The notes under the pieces: model-generated | What the model was told of the DNA's origin: nothing | Seen by the model: the letters and a program-made list of their open reading frames with translations, nothing else | Database searches by the model: none | In this document: piece after piece, positions 53,271 to 63,527 of the stretch | Layout of the letters: each line of letters begins with the position of its first letter | Position numbering within the stretch: the stretch's first letter is position 1 | From: Patescibacteria group bacterium | Lineage (GTDB): Bacteria; Patescibacteriota; Patescibacteriia; Patescibacteriales; UBA12465 | DNA: 64,000 nt | Assembly (NCBI GenBank): GCA_041650715.1 | Contig: JBAZKQ010000001.1 | Coordinates: forward strand, 326,945-390,944 | Direction of reading: 5' to 3' | Made by a program: the position numbers and the translations under genes

Positions 53271-53705
53271 CTATTTAGTTATTTCCCACTTTTCTATTGC
53301 ACCAGACACTACCGTAAATAAAAAATGGGCTTCCAACCGTTTAATATCTTTAATCTCTGAATATTTTTTGTTGTCTCTAATCTTTAACTTCTTAAGTAGG
53401 TGAGAAAATTCGTAATCAAGCTGACCGCTATTTACTTTAATCTTTTTACTTAAAATTTTCAAGGTCTTAATCTTATCAGCCGAAAATTTATAGCCACGTG
53501 CTTCTGCTTCTAAATATATACCGTATAAATAAGCATTAATATTTACCAAAGCGTCCCTACTTTCTTTAAAACGGATTAGTTGCGGATGATTTTTATAACC
53601 CTTCGTATTCCCTTCCAGAACTTTTTTGGCAAGCAGGGCTTCTCGCCAGAGGGCCAAGAGACCTTGGCGATCAAGATATCGCGGGGAGAGGCTCCATAAA
53701 CGCAT
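53271..53705 (-). CDS. pyrimidine dimer DNA glycosylase (T4 endonuclease V-like, Pyr_excise family)
   Basis: The N-terminus MRLWSLSPRYLDRQGLLALWREALLAKKVLEGNTKGYKNHPQLIRF is characteristic of the family. Confidence 0.8.
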   Translation of the reverse strand: MRLWSLSPRYLDRQGLLALWREALLAKKVLEGNTKGYKNHPQLIRFKESRDALVNINAYLYGIYLEAEARGYKFSADKIKTLKILSKKIKVNSGQLDYEFSHLLKKLKIRDNKKYSEIKDIKRLEAHFLFTVVSGAIEKWEITK

Positions 53706-53709
53706 AAAT

Positions 53710-55224
53710 TTAAAGTTCCTTTTTCGGCCGCATCAACGGAAAAATTTGGCACTCTCGGGCCGGTCTATCCATTAAAAAGCTAAACAGTCTTTCGCTAAAA
53801 CCAAATCCGCAGGTCGGCGGCATGCCATATTCAAGCGCTTCTACGAAATCATGGTCGTGGCCCTGCGCCTCCTCATCGCCTGCTTCTTTCAATTTTTGCT
53901 GTTCCTTAAAGCGTCCTTCCTGATCGACTGGATTATTAAGCTCGCTATAACCGTTCCCTACTTCCGAACCGGCAATAATTATTTGGAATCTTTGGGCGAC
54001 TTCCTGGTTATCTTCATCGCGTTTAGCAAGAGGTGAAACGGCAATCGGTGTACCGACTAAAAATCCCGGACCGGCGATCTGCTTGCGGCAATATTTCCAA
54101 AGATTATCAATCGCGCGGGTAATATTAAAACCTTTGCTGTCATAATCGACTTTAAGTTCCTTTAATTTGGCGACTATTTCCTTCTCGCTGGCTTTTAAAA
54201 CATCGATTCCCGTCATTTTTTTTACTGTGTCCCGGTAGTCATAAATTTCCCACTCTTTACCTAAGTCAATCTCAAAATTCTTTATTTTAAATTTAAGGGT
54301 CCCGAAGCTTTCTTGAGCAATATATTTATACATCTCTTCGGTTAACGACATACCCATCTTATAGTCGGCATAGGCCCAATAAAATTCCATCTGGGTATAG
54401 TCCTGTAAATGTTCAGCGTCCATTCCCTCATTACGGAATTGACGTCCAATTTCAAAAGTTTTTTCCATTCCGGCAACCATCAATTTTTTCTGCCAAAGTT
54501 CGCCCGTGGATATTCTTAAATAAACATCGATATCCAATGCATTATGATGGGTTACGAAAGGTTTGGCGTCAGCGCCCCCGGCCATCGTTTCCAGAACCGG
54601 AGTTTCCACTTCAATAAAACCCTTGGCCATAAGAAATTCCCGGGTCGCCTGCCAGAATTTAGATCTTTTTAAAACAATATCTAAAGTTTCTTTATTCAAT
54701 AAAATATCGAGATAACGCTTGCGGAATAGCTCATCTTCATCTTTTAGTCCATACCAGGAATCCGGAATCGGACGTAAAGCTTTCGTCAGCAATTTCCACT
54801 CTTTAACCATCACGCTCTTCTCGCCTTTATGGGTTAAAAAAACAGAGCCCTTAACCTGAATAAAATCGGCGATATCGATTAATTTCAAAAATGTTTTATA
54901 TGAATCCGCACCTAAATCTTTCTTAGAGAAAGCTAATTGAATATTGCCGCTCGCATCTTCAAGATTAGCAAAAGCCAGATTGCCGTGTTCCCGCTTGGAG
55001 CGCAAACGGCCGACAATGTAAAATTCTTTTTGGCTTTCAGTAAGTGTCTCAAAATCGGACACGATTTGGGCAACAGAAAAATCGCGCTTTGATCGCGCCG
55101 GATAAGGATTAACACCCGATTCAATAAGTTCATTCAGTTTTTTTAGGCGATCATTGCGCTCACTCACAATTGAAGCGGTTTTTTCTTCGCTATTTTCTTT
55201 ATTTAGCTCTTGGCTCTTAGGCAT
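53710..55224 (-). CDS. lysS: lysine--tRNA ligase (class II)
   Basis: OB-fold N-domain and class II motifs (FRNEGMDAEHLQDYTQMEFY, GFGFSERL). Confidence 0.96.
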   Translation of the reverse strand: MPKSQELNKENSEEKTASIVSERNDRLKKLNELIESGVNPYPARSKRDFSVAQIVSDFETLTESQKEFYIVGRLRSKREHGNLAFANLEDASGNIQLAFSKKDLGADSYKTFLKLIDIADFIQVKGSVFLTHKGEKSVMVKEWKLLTKALRPIPDSWYGLKDEDELFRKRYLDILLNKETLDIVLKRSKFWQATREFLMAKGFIEVETPVLETMAGGADAKPFVTHHNALDIDVYLRISTGELWQKKLMVAGMEKTFEIGRQFRNEGMDAEHLQDYTQMEFYWAYADYKMGMSLTEEMYKYIAQESFGTLKFKIKNFEIDLGKEWEIYDYRDTVKKMTGIDVLKASEKEIVAKLKELKVDYDSKGFNITRAIDNLWKYCRKQIAGPGFLVGTPIAVSPLAKRDEDNQEVAQRFQIIIAGSEVGNGYSELNNPVDQEGRFKEQQKLKEAGDEEAQGHDHDFVEALEYGMPPTCGFGFSERLFSFLMDRPARECQIFPLMRPKKEL

Positions 55225-55233
55225 AAAGAATTT

Positions 55234-55692
55234 TTATTCAATCTTTAAAATTTTGTATTTAAACATTCCCTTTGGTGTCTCAACTTCAACGGAATCATTT
55301 TTTTTCTTGTTCAAAAAAGCGACCCCAAGCGGCGACTCATTCGAAATCAGACCGTTGATCGGGTCGGCTTCATTAAAACTAACGATTGTATACTGTTTCT
55401 CTTTATCGCCGGTCTTAACGGTTACTTTCGAGCCCATTACTACCTGGCCGACTGAATCTTCATGCGGAACAACCGTTACGTTTTTAAGGGTATTGGTGAG
55501 CTCGAGAACGCGTCCTTCGTTTAGTGCCTGGGCGTCTTTAGCTTCGCTATACTCCGCGTTTTCGCTTAAATCACCCAGTTCTTTCGCGCGTTCAATCCGT
55601 TCCGCAATTTCTTTGCGCTTAGTCGTGGTCAAAAAGGTCAATTCATCTTTTAATTTATCATAGCCTTCTTGCGAGATGATTTGCTCGTTCAT
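55234..55692 (-). CDS. greA: transcription elongation factor GreA
   Basis: 152 aa. Coiled-coil N-domain with DLSENAEY and a C-terminal FKBP-like domain. Confidence 0.95.
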   Translation of the reverse strand: MNEQIISQEGYDKLKDELTFLTTTKRKEIAERIERAKELGDLSENAEYSEAKDAQALNEGRVLELTNTLKNVTVVPHEDSVGQVVMGSKVTVKTGDKEKQYTIVSFNEADPINGLISNESPLGVAFLNKKKNDSVEVETPKGMFKYKILKIE

Positions 55693-55726
55693 AATTTTAT
55701 TTTATTTATTGAAGATTAGTTAATTT

Positions 55727-57211
55727 TTAATATACCTTATCTTTCTGAATTAGACAAGCCCCCAAGAGGAGTATTCCGATGCCGAGCGGATGGTTAAGGT
55801 ATGGAGTAAATACGTGTGTGACGGCCAAAAAAATTAGACCCGAACTTAAGCCCAGAAGTAAATAACCAGCATTTTTATGTCCGTATACCAAGGCGTTTTT
55901 AAATATAAAAAAGATTAGCAGTAAATAAGCAAGGGTGCCCAGTAAACCGATCTTCAGCAATAAATCAAGATAACCCCATTCAAAGGCATAGGTCGTATAT
56001 TCACCGCTGGGATTATTCTGCAAAACGCGAGGATCGCTCGAAATATAGGTAATGGTGGCACCAAATCCCTGGCCCAAGAATGGCTCTTTATTTATTTCCT
56101 TAACCAGGACCGGGAGCAAAGACCAGCGAGAACTTAGAGCTGCTTCATTACTATTGGTAACACGGTTTAAAAAATCAGCGTTAAATTTACCGGTCGGCGG
56201 AAATGGAAATACTGCCACCAGATAAATAATTGCTAAGCCCAGTAAAAAACTAAGGGATAGCCAAAGAGCGGATTTAAAAGCTTGGCGTAAATTTTTCTCG
56301 CGCCAAACTAAGAGCAGACTAAAAATTGACGTGACGACGAGCGCAACCCAAAAACTGCGCGAAAAACTAATTAGTAAGGCACTCGCGAAAAGTGCGCCTA
56401 AGATTAAGGGCAACGGTTTATAGAATATTTTGGCGGCTGTATTTTTTACGTTCATCCAGAAAAGCATAAATAGGGCAATTCCGGAAAAAATCTGGCCCTG
56501 GATAAAGACACGCGGCCAACCGGAGGCCGTCGGCGTCATTTCGCCAACCAAAGAACGGCGCAGCCAAAGATATATTTCCGGAGCGGCGCTTAAGTTATGC
56601 GTAAAGACAAAGAGGAGGAATAATGTTTTTAGACTCAGCCAAATAACGGCCGACAAAAATAAATCAATTAAATTCTGCCAGGTGCGCTTGTTGTCCGGAT
56701 GGTAGATAACGGCCAGAGGAAGAATCAGCAGCCAATAGAGCCAGGAATTAACATCGCTAAATATCAGGTTCAAGCTATGTCCGCGGAAATAGGCGTTAGC
56801 TATACCGACGAGGACAAAAATAGCGAGAAGCAAAAAATGCTTGGCGCCATAAAAACTCATTAAGCTTTTTAAATACGGGCTATTCTTCCCTCTTTTAATC
56901 AATTGGGTGATGAACTTAAAAGTAAAAATAAGCAAAACTAATGCCCAAAGCGCCATCCGAATAGAAATAGAAAATGCACCGGAGGAATAAACGAATAAAT
57001 GCCCCATGGAACCGATAAAAAGTTCGGCGAGAATTAAAAGCAGGCCGTATTCAAGGCGATAAATGCTTAAAATAACGGCCCCGGCGATAATTAGGCAGAA
57101 CGCGGACAAATTTAAAACAGGTATTTGCCAGGCAAAATAAGAGATTAATTCAATTAATGCAAAAATACCGAGATATAGATAAATTTTTTTATTTTTTAAA
57201 CTTAAGTTCAT
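55727..57211 (-). CDS. O-antigen ligase-like (Wzy_C) polytopic membrane protein
   Basis: 494 aa, about 12 TM helices, with SFSRSFWVAL motif context. Confidence 0.65.
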   Translation of the reverse strand: MNLSLKNKKIYLYLGIFALIELISYFAWQIPVLNLSAFCLIIAGAVILSIYRLEYGLLLILAELFIGSMGHLFVYSSGAFSISIRMALWALVLLIFTFKFITQLIKRGKNSPYLKSLMSFYGAKHFLLLAIFVLVGIANAYFRGHSLNLIFSDVNSWLYWLLILPLAVIYHPDNKRTWQNLIDLFLSAVIWLSLKTLFLLFVFTHNLSAAPEIYLWLRRSLVGEMTPTASGWPRVFIQGQIFSGIALFMLFWMNVKNTAAKIFYKPLPLILGALFASALLISFSRSFWVALVVTSIFSLLLVWREKNLRQAFKSALWLSLSFLLGLAIIYLVAVFPFPPTGKFNADFLNRVTNSNEAALSSRWSLLPVLVKEINKEPFLGQGFGATITYISSDPRVLQNNPSGEYTTYAFEWGYLDLLLKIGLLGTLAYLLLIFFIFKNALVYGHKNAGYLLLGLSSGLIFLAVTHVFTPYLNHPLGIGILLLGACLIQKDKVY

Positions 57212-57220
57212 AAGAGATTA

Positions 57221-57697
57221 TTAATAAATCACACTGTCACCCGCTTTAATATTGTATTTCTGGCAATAACCGGCATTAAGCTCCAAGACGGCGTCGGCCG
57301 GTTCCGCACTAACATAATAATTCTCTACCGGGTCGCTCTCGGGCATTAAGTTTTCATCAATATTAATTATTTTGCCTTCTGAAATAAAGATAATATCCAA
57401 AGGAAATTCCATATCGCGCATCACGAAATCACGTATCTCTTTATCCGGGAAAAGGAAAAGCATGCCGCAACCAGCGCACATTTCTGGGCGCTTGCTCAAA
57501 CCCAAATACATTTTCGGGCCCGATTTTACTATTTCCGCCTTAATGGTCTGTCCGTTAATTTTAAGATCGATAATCGGATTAGGACTACTCTGCGCACGAT
57601 TTAAGGAAAACAGGACAATAAAAATAAATAAAGCAAAAGCGACCACGATAACCAGGACGAAACTAAGCAAAAATTTTTGGAAGCGATTAAAGGCCAT
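57221..57697 (-). CDS. DUF192 domain protein
   Basis: GLSKRPEM..GMLFLFP...MRDMEFPLDIIFI pattern, with an N-terminal TM helix. Confidence 0.8.
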   Translation of the reverse strand: MAFNRFQKFLLSFVLVIVVAFALFIFIVLFSLNRAQSSPNPIIDLKINGQTIKAEIVKSGPKMYLGLSKRPEMCAGCGMLFLFPDKEIRDFVMRDMEFPLDIIFISEGKIINIDENLMPESDPVENYYVSAEPADAVLELNAGYCQKYNIKAGDSVIY

Positions 57698-58385
57698 GTT
57701 TTTCTTTAATTATTTTTTCCGCGCGTTTATATTTTTTGACCGCTGGTAAAAAAGGCATAAGTTTATAAGCAAAACTCGGCACCCAGGAACTAATCGTGCC
57801 GCCGGGCGTAACCGTAAATAAAATCTCGGGAATATGCATGCCAATTTTTCCCTGTTCGAGCATAGTTAACCATAAATCCCAATCCTGTAATTTTTTTATG
57901 CTTTCATCCCAGCCGAGACTCGGAAAATCAGAGCGCCGAATCAGGGACATGGTATGGATATAGGGCATTTTTTTTAATTTTTCGGGGTCAAATTCGCCAA
58001 GCTTAAATAATTTTTTACCCCAAAGAAAGGAGGAATAGGCATAGCTAATACTGGGATTCGCTTCTAAGTTACGCACCAGGGTTTCTAAAGCGTTCGGCGT
58101 TAGCACAGCATCAGCATCACAGAAAAATAAATAATTACCCTTAGCCTCCTTGGCGCCACGATTTCGGGCCGCCGGCGCACCGGCGTTCGCTTGGTTTAAA
58201 AATAAATATGACTGATTGGTAACTAAAGATTCTAAATACTTACCGCAAATATTAGCGACGCCATCACTCGAACCATCATTTACGATAATAACTTCGTAAT
58301 CTTGATAGCTTTGAGCGGCAATGCTTTTTAAAGTTTTAATAATTTTTTGCGCTTGGTTATAAACGGGAATAATTATTGATATCAT
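57687..58385 (-). CDS. family 2 glycosyltransferase
   Basis: ISIIIPVYNQ.., IVNDGSSD and FCDADA motifs. Confidence 0.9.
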   Translation of the reverse strand: MISIIIPVYNQAQKIIKTLKSIAAQSYQDYEVIIVNDGSSDGVANICGKYLESLVTNQSYLFLNQANAGAPAARNRGAKEAKGNYLFFCDADAVLTPNALETLVRNLEANPSISYAYSSFLWGKKLFKLGEFDPEKLKKMPYIHTMSLIRRSDFPSLGWDESIKKLQDWDLWLTMLEQGKIGMHIPEILFTVTPGGTISSWVPSFAYKLMPFLPAVKKYKRAEKIIKEKHGL

Positions 58386-58396
58386 AATTTCTTAAT

Positions 58397-59482
58397 TTAC
58401 TCTTTAATTAATTGCCAGGTTTGAGCGGCTTGCTTTTCCCAAGAAAAATCACGGATAGCGCGGGCTCGCCCTTGCGCGCCGAGACGTTCTCGCAAAACCG
58501 GGTCGTCCGCTAAACGGACAATGGCCGCTCCAATCGCGTCCACTTTATCGGGATCAACCAAAAGTCCAGTTTCCTCGTTAATAACGGCATCACGCACGCC
58601 ACCGGAATTACCGGCGATAACCGGTTTGCTACAAAGATTAGCTTCTAAGTAAACGATACCGAAACCTTCAAAATCACCGGAAATATCGCGCGAGGGCATT
58701 ATAAAAATATCACAAAGTTTTAGCCAGGCCCACTTCTCTTCCTCGCTTAACTCGCCTAAAAAAGTAATGCGCTCCGCGCAATGCGCCGGTACTAATTGTT
58801 TTAGATATTCTTCGCGCGGGCCGGCGCCGGCAATAAAATAGCGTAGATTCTGCTTGATATTCTCCGGAATGTGCACTAATGCCTCTATCGTCCGATCAAC
58901 TCCTTTCCTTTTTACCAGCCGGCCAAGACTTAAAAGTATCGTCTGGCCGTCAAGATTATATGAATTTTTCAGGTTGCGCAGTTCCGCTTCGTCAATATTC
59001 GGCGCATCACCCTCAATACCGGGATTAATTAATCCCGTTTTGTCTGCCAGCCTTGAATCAAACTCCATGAGTTTTTCCTGAACAAAACTATTAGCGCAGA
59101 TTATTTTATGGGCCCGCCTTAAAATTAAGTGGCTTAAGCCGCGCTTCCATTCGGAGCGCAAAGCAAAGGCCAAGTCCATGCCATGTAAAAAAACAATATA
59201 CTTCGTCGGGCGAAATAATGAGACTATAAAAGCAGCCGTCCCCAGGGGCAGAATCTGTCCAACCAGCAGAAAATCATATTTATCGCGCGCTAATTTACGC
59301 TTCAGCGCAAAAATAGCCGGCCACCACGACATAAAGCCGTTGCCGGTACTTAATTCACCGCGATTATTATCAAGGACATTCAACTTTTCCTTAATCGGCC
59401 AAAATTTAGCCAAGTTACCATAGTAATTGGCAATACCTCCCCGAAAGGGGGGATATTCGAGCGTAAATAAAAGACTTTTCAT
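58397..59482 (-). CDS. family 4 (GT-B) glycosyltransferase
   Basis: C-terminal EGFGIVYLEA...GGVRDAV motif typical of GT4. Confidence 0.88.
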   Translation of the reverse strand: MKSLLFTLEYPPFRGGIANYYGNLAKFWPIKEKLNVLDNNRGELSTGNGFMSWWPAIFALKRKLARDKYDFLLVGQILPLGTAAFIVSLFRPTKYIVFLHGMDLAFALRSEWKRGLSHLILRRAHKIICANSFVQEKLMEFDSRLADKTGLINPGIEGDAPNIDEAELRNLKNSYNLDGQTILLSLGRLVKRKGVDRTIEALVHIPENIKQNLRYFIAGAGPREEYLKQLVPAHCAERITFLGELSEEEKWAWLKLCDIFIMPSRDISGDFEGFGIVYLEANLCSKPVIAGNSGGVRDAVINEETGLLVDPDKVDAIGAAIVRLADDPVLRERLGAQGRARAIRDFSWEKQAAQTWQLIKE

Positions 59483-59485
59483 AAT

Positions 59486-60919
59486 TTAACGCTTAAATGA
59501 GTGTACGACACTCATAATGTCTTCGCGCTTAAAGCCACCCAAGAGAAGCAAAATTCCGAAATACAAAGCCGCACCAATTAGGGTTGCGACGAAAACATTT
59601 AAATAAGTTTTACCTAAATAAATTATCATCCCCATGACGACGGAGGCGAGCAGGACTTTTGCAAATACAATTATATTTTTCCTTGCCCGGTACGGAATAA
59701 TTTTTCTGACCCAATAAATGCCCAGTACAAACATAAGCGCGTTGGTTGCCAGTACCGTTATGCTTGCGCCAACTGCTTGCCAGTGCGGTATCAGGAGTAA
59801 ATTAAGAACGACACTCGCTACCATGACCAGCCCCATGTTAAAAGTATTTTTTTGCTGGCGATCGCAGGCGTTAAGAAGCGAGCCGATTGGAAAATTTACA
59901 AAAATGAAGAATAAGGAAATTATTGAAATCTGCAGTGGCAACAAGGCGCCGCCATAGCCCGCTTTAAACAATAAAACAATCTTATCGGCAAGGACGACTG
60001 CCCCGACAATTATCGGCAAAGAAATAATAATCAGATAACTTAAAGCGCGTTCAAAAGAAATGAGTAGCTGTTCCCGGTTACTATGCCAATAAGTGCTCAT
60101 CGCCGGATAGAGTGAGGCGGTAAAGGCGAGCGGCAAAAATTGCAAGGCAAAAATTATTTTGAATGCTATTTGATACAGACCAACTTGTTCATCCCCCGCC
60201 AAAATAGACAGAAAAACCGAATCTAAATAAGTATAAAGCCGTTGAAAAATCGCGTAGGCAGCGAAAGGCCAGCTGATTATCAAAATTTCCCTGACTAAAA
60301 CTTTATCATAAGCTAATTTAATAAATATTTTTAGTTTATGACGCAAAATTATGAACGCATAGACAAAATTAAAAGAACTGGCGAGAGCAAGGGCGAACAT
60401 CGCCGGGACGAGACCGCCACCGAGCAAGAGCGCACTATAGCCGAAGCCCAGTACAATTAATTGGAAAACTACCGACGAGATGCTCTCATATTTTAAATTA
60501 TGGTAACCGCGCACCACCGAGAAAAAAGTAGAAGTGAAAGAATCAAGTACCATGCAAATCGAACTGATGTAAACAAGATTTCGCGTCTGTTCGTCGTAAC
60601 CTAAGACCTTAATCAAAATAAAAACCGCCAAGAGCGCGACAAGCGCGAGTGGTATTTTTAGAGAAACGATATTAGCTAACCATTTTTGCGTCCGGCTTGA
60701 ATCCTTGGCGACCTCCCGCGTTAAGACATTGGCAAAACCAAGATCAATAAATATCGCAAAAATAGTGGTAAAAGAGATGGCAAAATAATACTTTCCTAAA
60801 CTGGCCGGGCCGACATAGCGAGCCAAAAGCGTAAAGTAGGTAAAAGAAATGATTTTCTGTAAAATCAGGGCTAAAGTCAAATATGAGGTATTTTTCGCAA
60901 TATTACTAATTTTAGGCAT
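59486..60919 (-). CDS. MOP-superfamily polysaccharide flippase (Wzx-like)
   Basis: 477 aa, about 12-14 TM helices. The N-terminus NTSYLTLALILQKIISF is typical of the family. Confidence 0.8.
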   Translation of the reverse strand: MPKISNIAKNTSYLTLALILQKIISFTYFTLLARYVGPASLGKYYFAISFTTIFAIFIDLGFANVLTREVAKDSSRTQKWLANIVSLKIPLALVALLAVFILIKVLGYDEQTRNLVYISSICMVLDSFTSTFFSVVRGYHNLKYESISSVVFQLIVLGFGYSALLLGGGLVPAMFALALASSFNFVYAFIILRHKLKIFIKLAYDKVLVREILIISWPFAAYAIFQRLYTYLDSVFLSILAGDEQVGLYQIAFKIIFALQFLPLAFTASLYPAMSTYWHSNREQLLISFERALSYLIIISLPIIVGAVVLADKIVLLFKAGYGGALLPLQISIISLFFIFVNFPIGSLLNACDRQQKNTFNMGLVMVASVVLNLLLIPHWQAVGASITVLATNALMFVLGIYWVRKIIPYRARKNIIVFAKVLLASVVMGMIIYLGKTYLNVFVATLIGAALYFGILLLLGGFKREDIMSVVHSFKR

Positions 60920-61093
60920 AATCGTCTAAGGTATATTATAGCAAATCGGCAGATTTTGTTAATATGAGCGGCTCAGCTCATTTCCGGGAGCCCTTGATTT
61001 AATTTAAGAGTTATGATACCATAATACTACCATAATTTGAATATATTCAATAGTTCAAATTTTATTAATTTTCAATAAAATTTTTTTATTTGT

Positions 61094-61426
61094 ATGAAAA
61101 ATGACATCCACCCAAAATATTACCCGAACTGCAAGGTAACCTGCGTTTGTGGCAACACTTTTACAACCGGCTCGACTGAACCGGAAATTAAGGTTGAACT
61201 TTGTTCCGCCTGCCACCCTTTCTATACTGGTAAGCAAAAATTGGTTGATACGGCTCGCCGCGTCGAAAAATTTGAAGCCAAGGTTAAAGCTAAAGCTAAT
61301 GTTAGCGATCTTAAAGGTAAAAAAGTTAAGAGAGCAGCCCGTGCTGAAGCTCGCGCCAAGAAAGAAGTGGTTGTCAAAACAAAAGATATCAAAAAAATCG
61401 CTCAAGTAAAATTAAACAAAAAATAG
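61094..61426 (+). CDS. rpmE: 50S ribosomal protein bL31 with Lys-rich C-terminal extension
   Basis: [10 protein letters not shown]...CVCGN...[13 protein letters not shown] core, plus a basic tail of about 40 aa. Confidence 0.93.
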   Translation: MKNDIHPKYYPNCKVTCVCGNTFTTGSTEPEIKVELCSACHPFYTGKQKLVDTARRVEKFEAKVKAKANVSDLKGKKVKRAARAEARAKKEVVVKTKDIKKIAQVKLNKK

Positions 61427-61552
61427 CTTCATAAAAAGCAATCGGTTTTAGTTTTGTGGTCCTAATATGCTACAATATTAATAATGATTGCTTTTTTGTA
61501 GGCAAAACACCTTTAACACATAGAATTTAAAAAAAACGATAAGAAAAATATT

Positions 61553-62599
61553 ATGTACGAAGATATTAAACAACGCTTTGGCGCACTTGAGGAAAAACTG
61601 GCAGACCCGGAGTTGTTTAAGGACGCCAAAGAAATGGTAAAAACATCCCAGGACCACGCCAACTTAAAGAAAGCGATGGGTCTTATTTTAGAATTAGAAA
61701 AAGTCGATGACAATATTCGCCAAAATAACGAAATCATAAATAATGAAAGCGACCCCGAATTAAAAACGATGGCGAATGATGAATTATCCGCTCTTAATTC
61801 CCGTTCCCTCGAACTCGCCGAGGAAATCGAAGATGAGGTTCATCCGGCCAGCCCGAATGATAAGAAAAACGCAATTATCGAAATTAGAGCCGGCGCGGGC
61901 GGTGATGAAGCGGCGCTTTTTGCCGGAGATTTATTTCGCATGTATGCCCGTTTTTGCGAACGCCAAGGCTGGAAATTAAGCTTAATAGATTCTTCCGTTA
62001 TCGGCATCGGCGGTTACAAAGAAATTATTTTTTCCGTATCCGGCGAGGGTGCTTACGGTTTACTAAAATTTGAAGCCGGAACGCACCGTGTTCAGCGTGT
62101 ACCGGAAACAGAAAAACAAGGGCGCGTCCATACTTCGACCGCCACGGTCGTTACCTTACCTGAAGCCGAGGAGGTTGATGTGGAAATTAAAGCCAACGAA
62201 ATTAGAATCGATACTTTCTGTTCAAGCGGTCCGGGCGGGCAATGCGTCAATACTACTTACTCAGCTATTCGTATCGTCCATCTTCCAACCGGAATCACAG
62301 TTTCCTGTCAGGATCAAAAATCTCAACATCAAAATAAAGAAAAAGCTTTGCAGGTTTTGCGCTCCCGTCTTTTAGCCAAACAAGAAGAAGAGCGTCTGGC
62401 CGAGCAATCCAGCGCACGCAAGAGCCAAATTGGCGACGGCGATCGCTCAGATAAAATCCGCACTTACAATTTTCCCCAAGATCGCGTCACCGATCATCGG
62501 ATCAACGTTTCTTGGCATAGTATTATCCGCATCATGGACGGCGAGATCGCCGAGATTGTCGGGGCTTTACGTAAAGCGGACAAAGACAACCGTAAATAA
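61553..62599 (+). CDS. prfA: peptide chain release factor 1
   Basis: PxT tripeptide (RVPETE), GGQ motif (SGPGGQCVNTT). 348 aa. Confidence 0.95.
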   Translation: MYEDIKQRFGALEEKLADPELFKDAKEMVKTSQDHANLKKAMGLILELEKVDDNIRQNNEIINNESDPELKTMANDELSALNSRSLELAEEIEDEVHPASPNDKKNAIIEIRAGAGGDEAALFAGDLFRMYARFCERQGWKLSLIDSSVIGIGGYKEIIFSVSGEGAYGLLKFEAGTHRVQRVPETEKQGRVHTSTATVVTLPEAEEVDVEIKANEIRIDTFCSSGPGGQCVNTTYSAIRIVHLPTGITVSCQDQKSQHQNKEKALQVLRSRLLAKQEEERLAEQSSARKSQIGDGDRSDKIRTYNFPQDRVTDHRINVSWHSIIRIMDGEIAEIVGALRKADKDNRK

Positions 62600-62604
62600 A
62601 AATA

Positions 62605-63480
62605 ATGAACGCCTGGCAATTGTTAAAAAATTCCACGCTTGATCCTGGAGAGGCAGAGATGCTGCTCGCTTTTTTGGTTGGTAAGGAACGAATTTATATT
62701 TTAACGCACCCGGAAATTGGCGTGAGCGCCACAACCGTTCGCAACTTTCAGGCTCTTGAGAAAAAGCGCCTCGCCGGCTGGTCAATGGCGGCCATAACCC
62801 GCGAGAAGGAATTTTACGGTCTCAATTTTTCTGTTGATAAAAACGTTCTAATTCCCCGCCCGGAAACAGAGCTGATGGTCGAAACGGCTCTTTCTTTATT
62901 AAATAATTCTGATCAAGCGGCCACGATTATAGACATCGGCACCGGTTCGGGCGCGATTATTGTGACACTCGCCCATAATACGCAAATTTCAGCAGCCGCT
63001 CTATACTCTAAACTTTCTTTTTACGCCCTTGATATTTCAGCGGCCGCTTTAAAAATTGCCCGCCGTAATGCGCAGCAAAATAAGCAATTTTCTAAAATTA
63101 AATTTTATCGGGGCAACTTAATAGAACCTTTAATTAAGTCTAAGAGTTGGCCACAAATTACCCGCGATTCTATAATAATTTGTGCTAACTTACCCTATTT
63201 AAGCCCTCGGCAAGTAGCGCAGTCGCCCAGTATCCACAAAGAGCCGAAACTCGCGCTGATTGGCGGCCCAGACGGTCTGAAGTACTATCGGGCACTCTTT
63301 AAGCAACTGAGCAAACTTAATAATAAAGCAGATGGCCCCGACTCTTATGTCTTATGTGAAATTGACCCGAGTCAAAGTCGAACGATACAAAAGCTTGCTA
63401 AACAGTATTTTCCTTCGTCCAAGATAGTAATGTTAAAAGACTTATCCGGCCAATACCGGCTAGCACAGATTAAAATATAA
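62605..63480 (+). CDS. prmC: release factor glutamine methyltransferase
   Basis: SAM motif IDIGTGSGAI. The catalytic tetrapeptide position reads NLPY instead of NPPY. Sits directly downstream of prfA. Confidence 0.88.
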   Translation: MNAWQLLKNSTLDPGEAEMLLAFLVGKERIYILTHPEIGVSATTVRNFQALEKKRLAGWSMAAITREKEFYGLNFSVDKNVLIPRPETELMVETALSLLNNSDQAATIIDIGTGSGAIIVTLAHNTQISAAALYSKLSFYALDISAAALKIARRNAQQNKQFSKIKFYRGNLIEPLIKSKSWPQITRDSIIICANLPYLSPRQVAQSPSIHKEPKLALIGGPDGLKYYRALFKQLSKLNNKADGPDSYVLCEIDPSQSRTIQKLAKQYFPSSKIVMLKDLSGQYRLAQIKI

Positions 63481-63510
63481 AACCCCCGAAACAATCGGGG
63501 GTTTTATTTT
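63481..63510. terminator. bidirectional intrinsic terminator
   Basis: Stem aacccccg / cgggggtt followed by a T-run. Confidence 0.75.
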
Positions 63511-63527
63511 TGATCAGATAAAATATT

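Noticed and set aside
55154-55663. 169-aa plus-strand ORF
   Set aside because: It is antisense to greA and the lysS start, both of which are confidently identified.
61055-61409. ORFs of 116 aa (minus) and 86 aa (plus, alternative frame) overlapping rpmE
   Set aside because: The bL31 frame carries the conserved motifs, and the others are low-complexity shadows of the Lys-rich tail.
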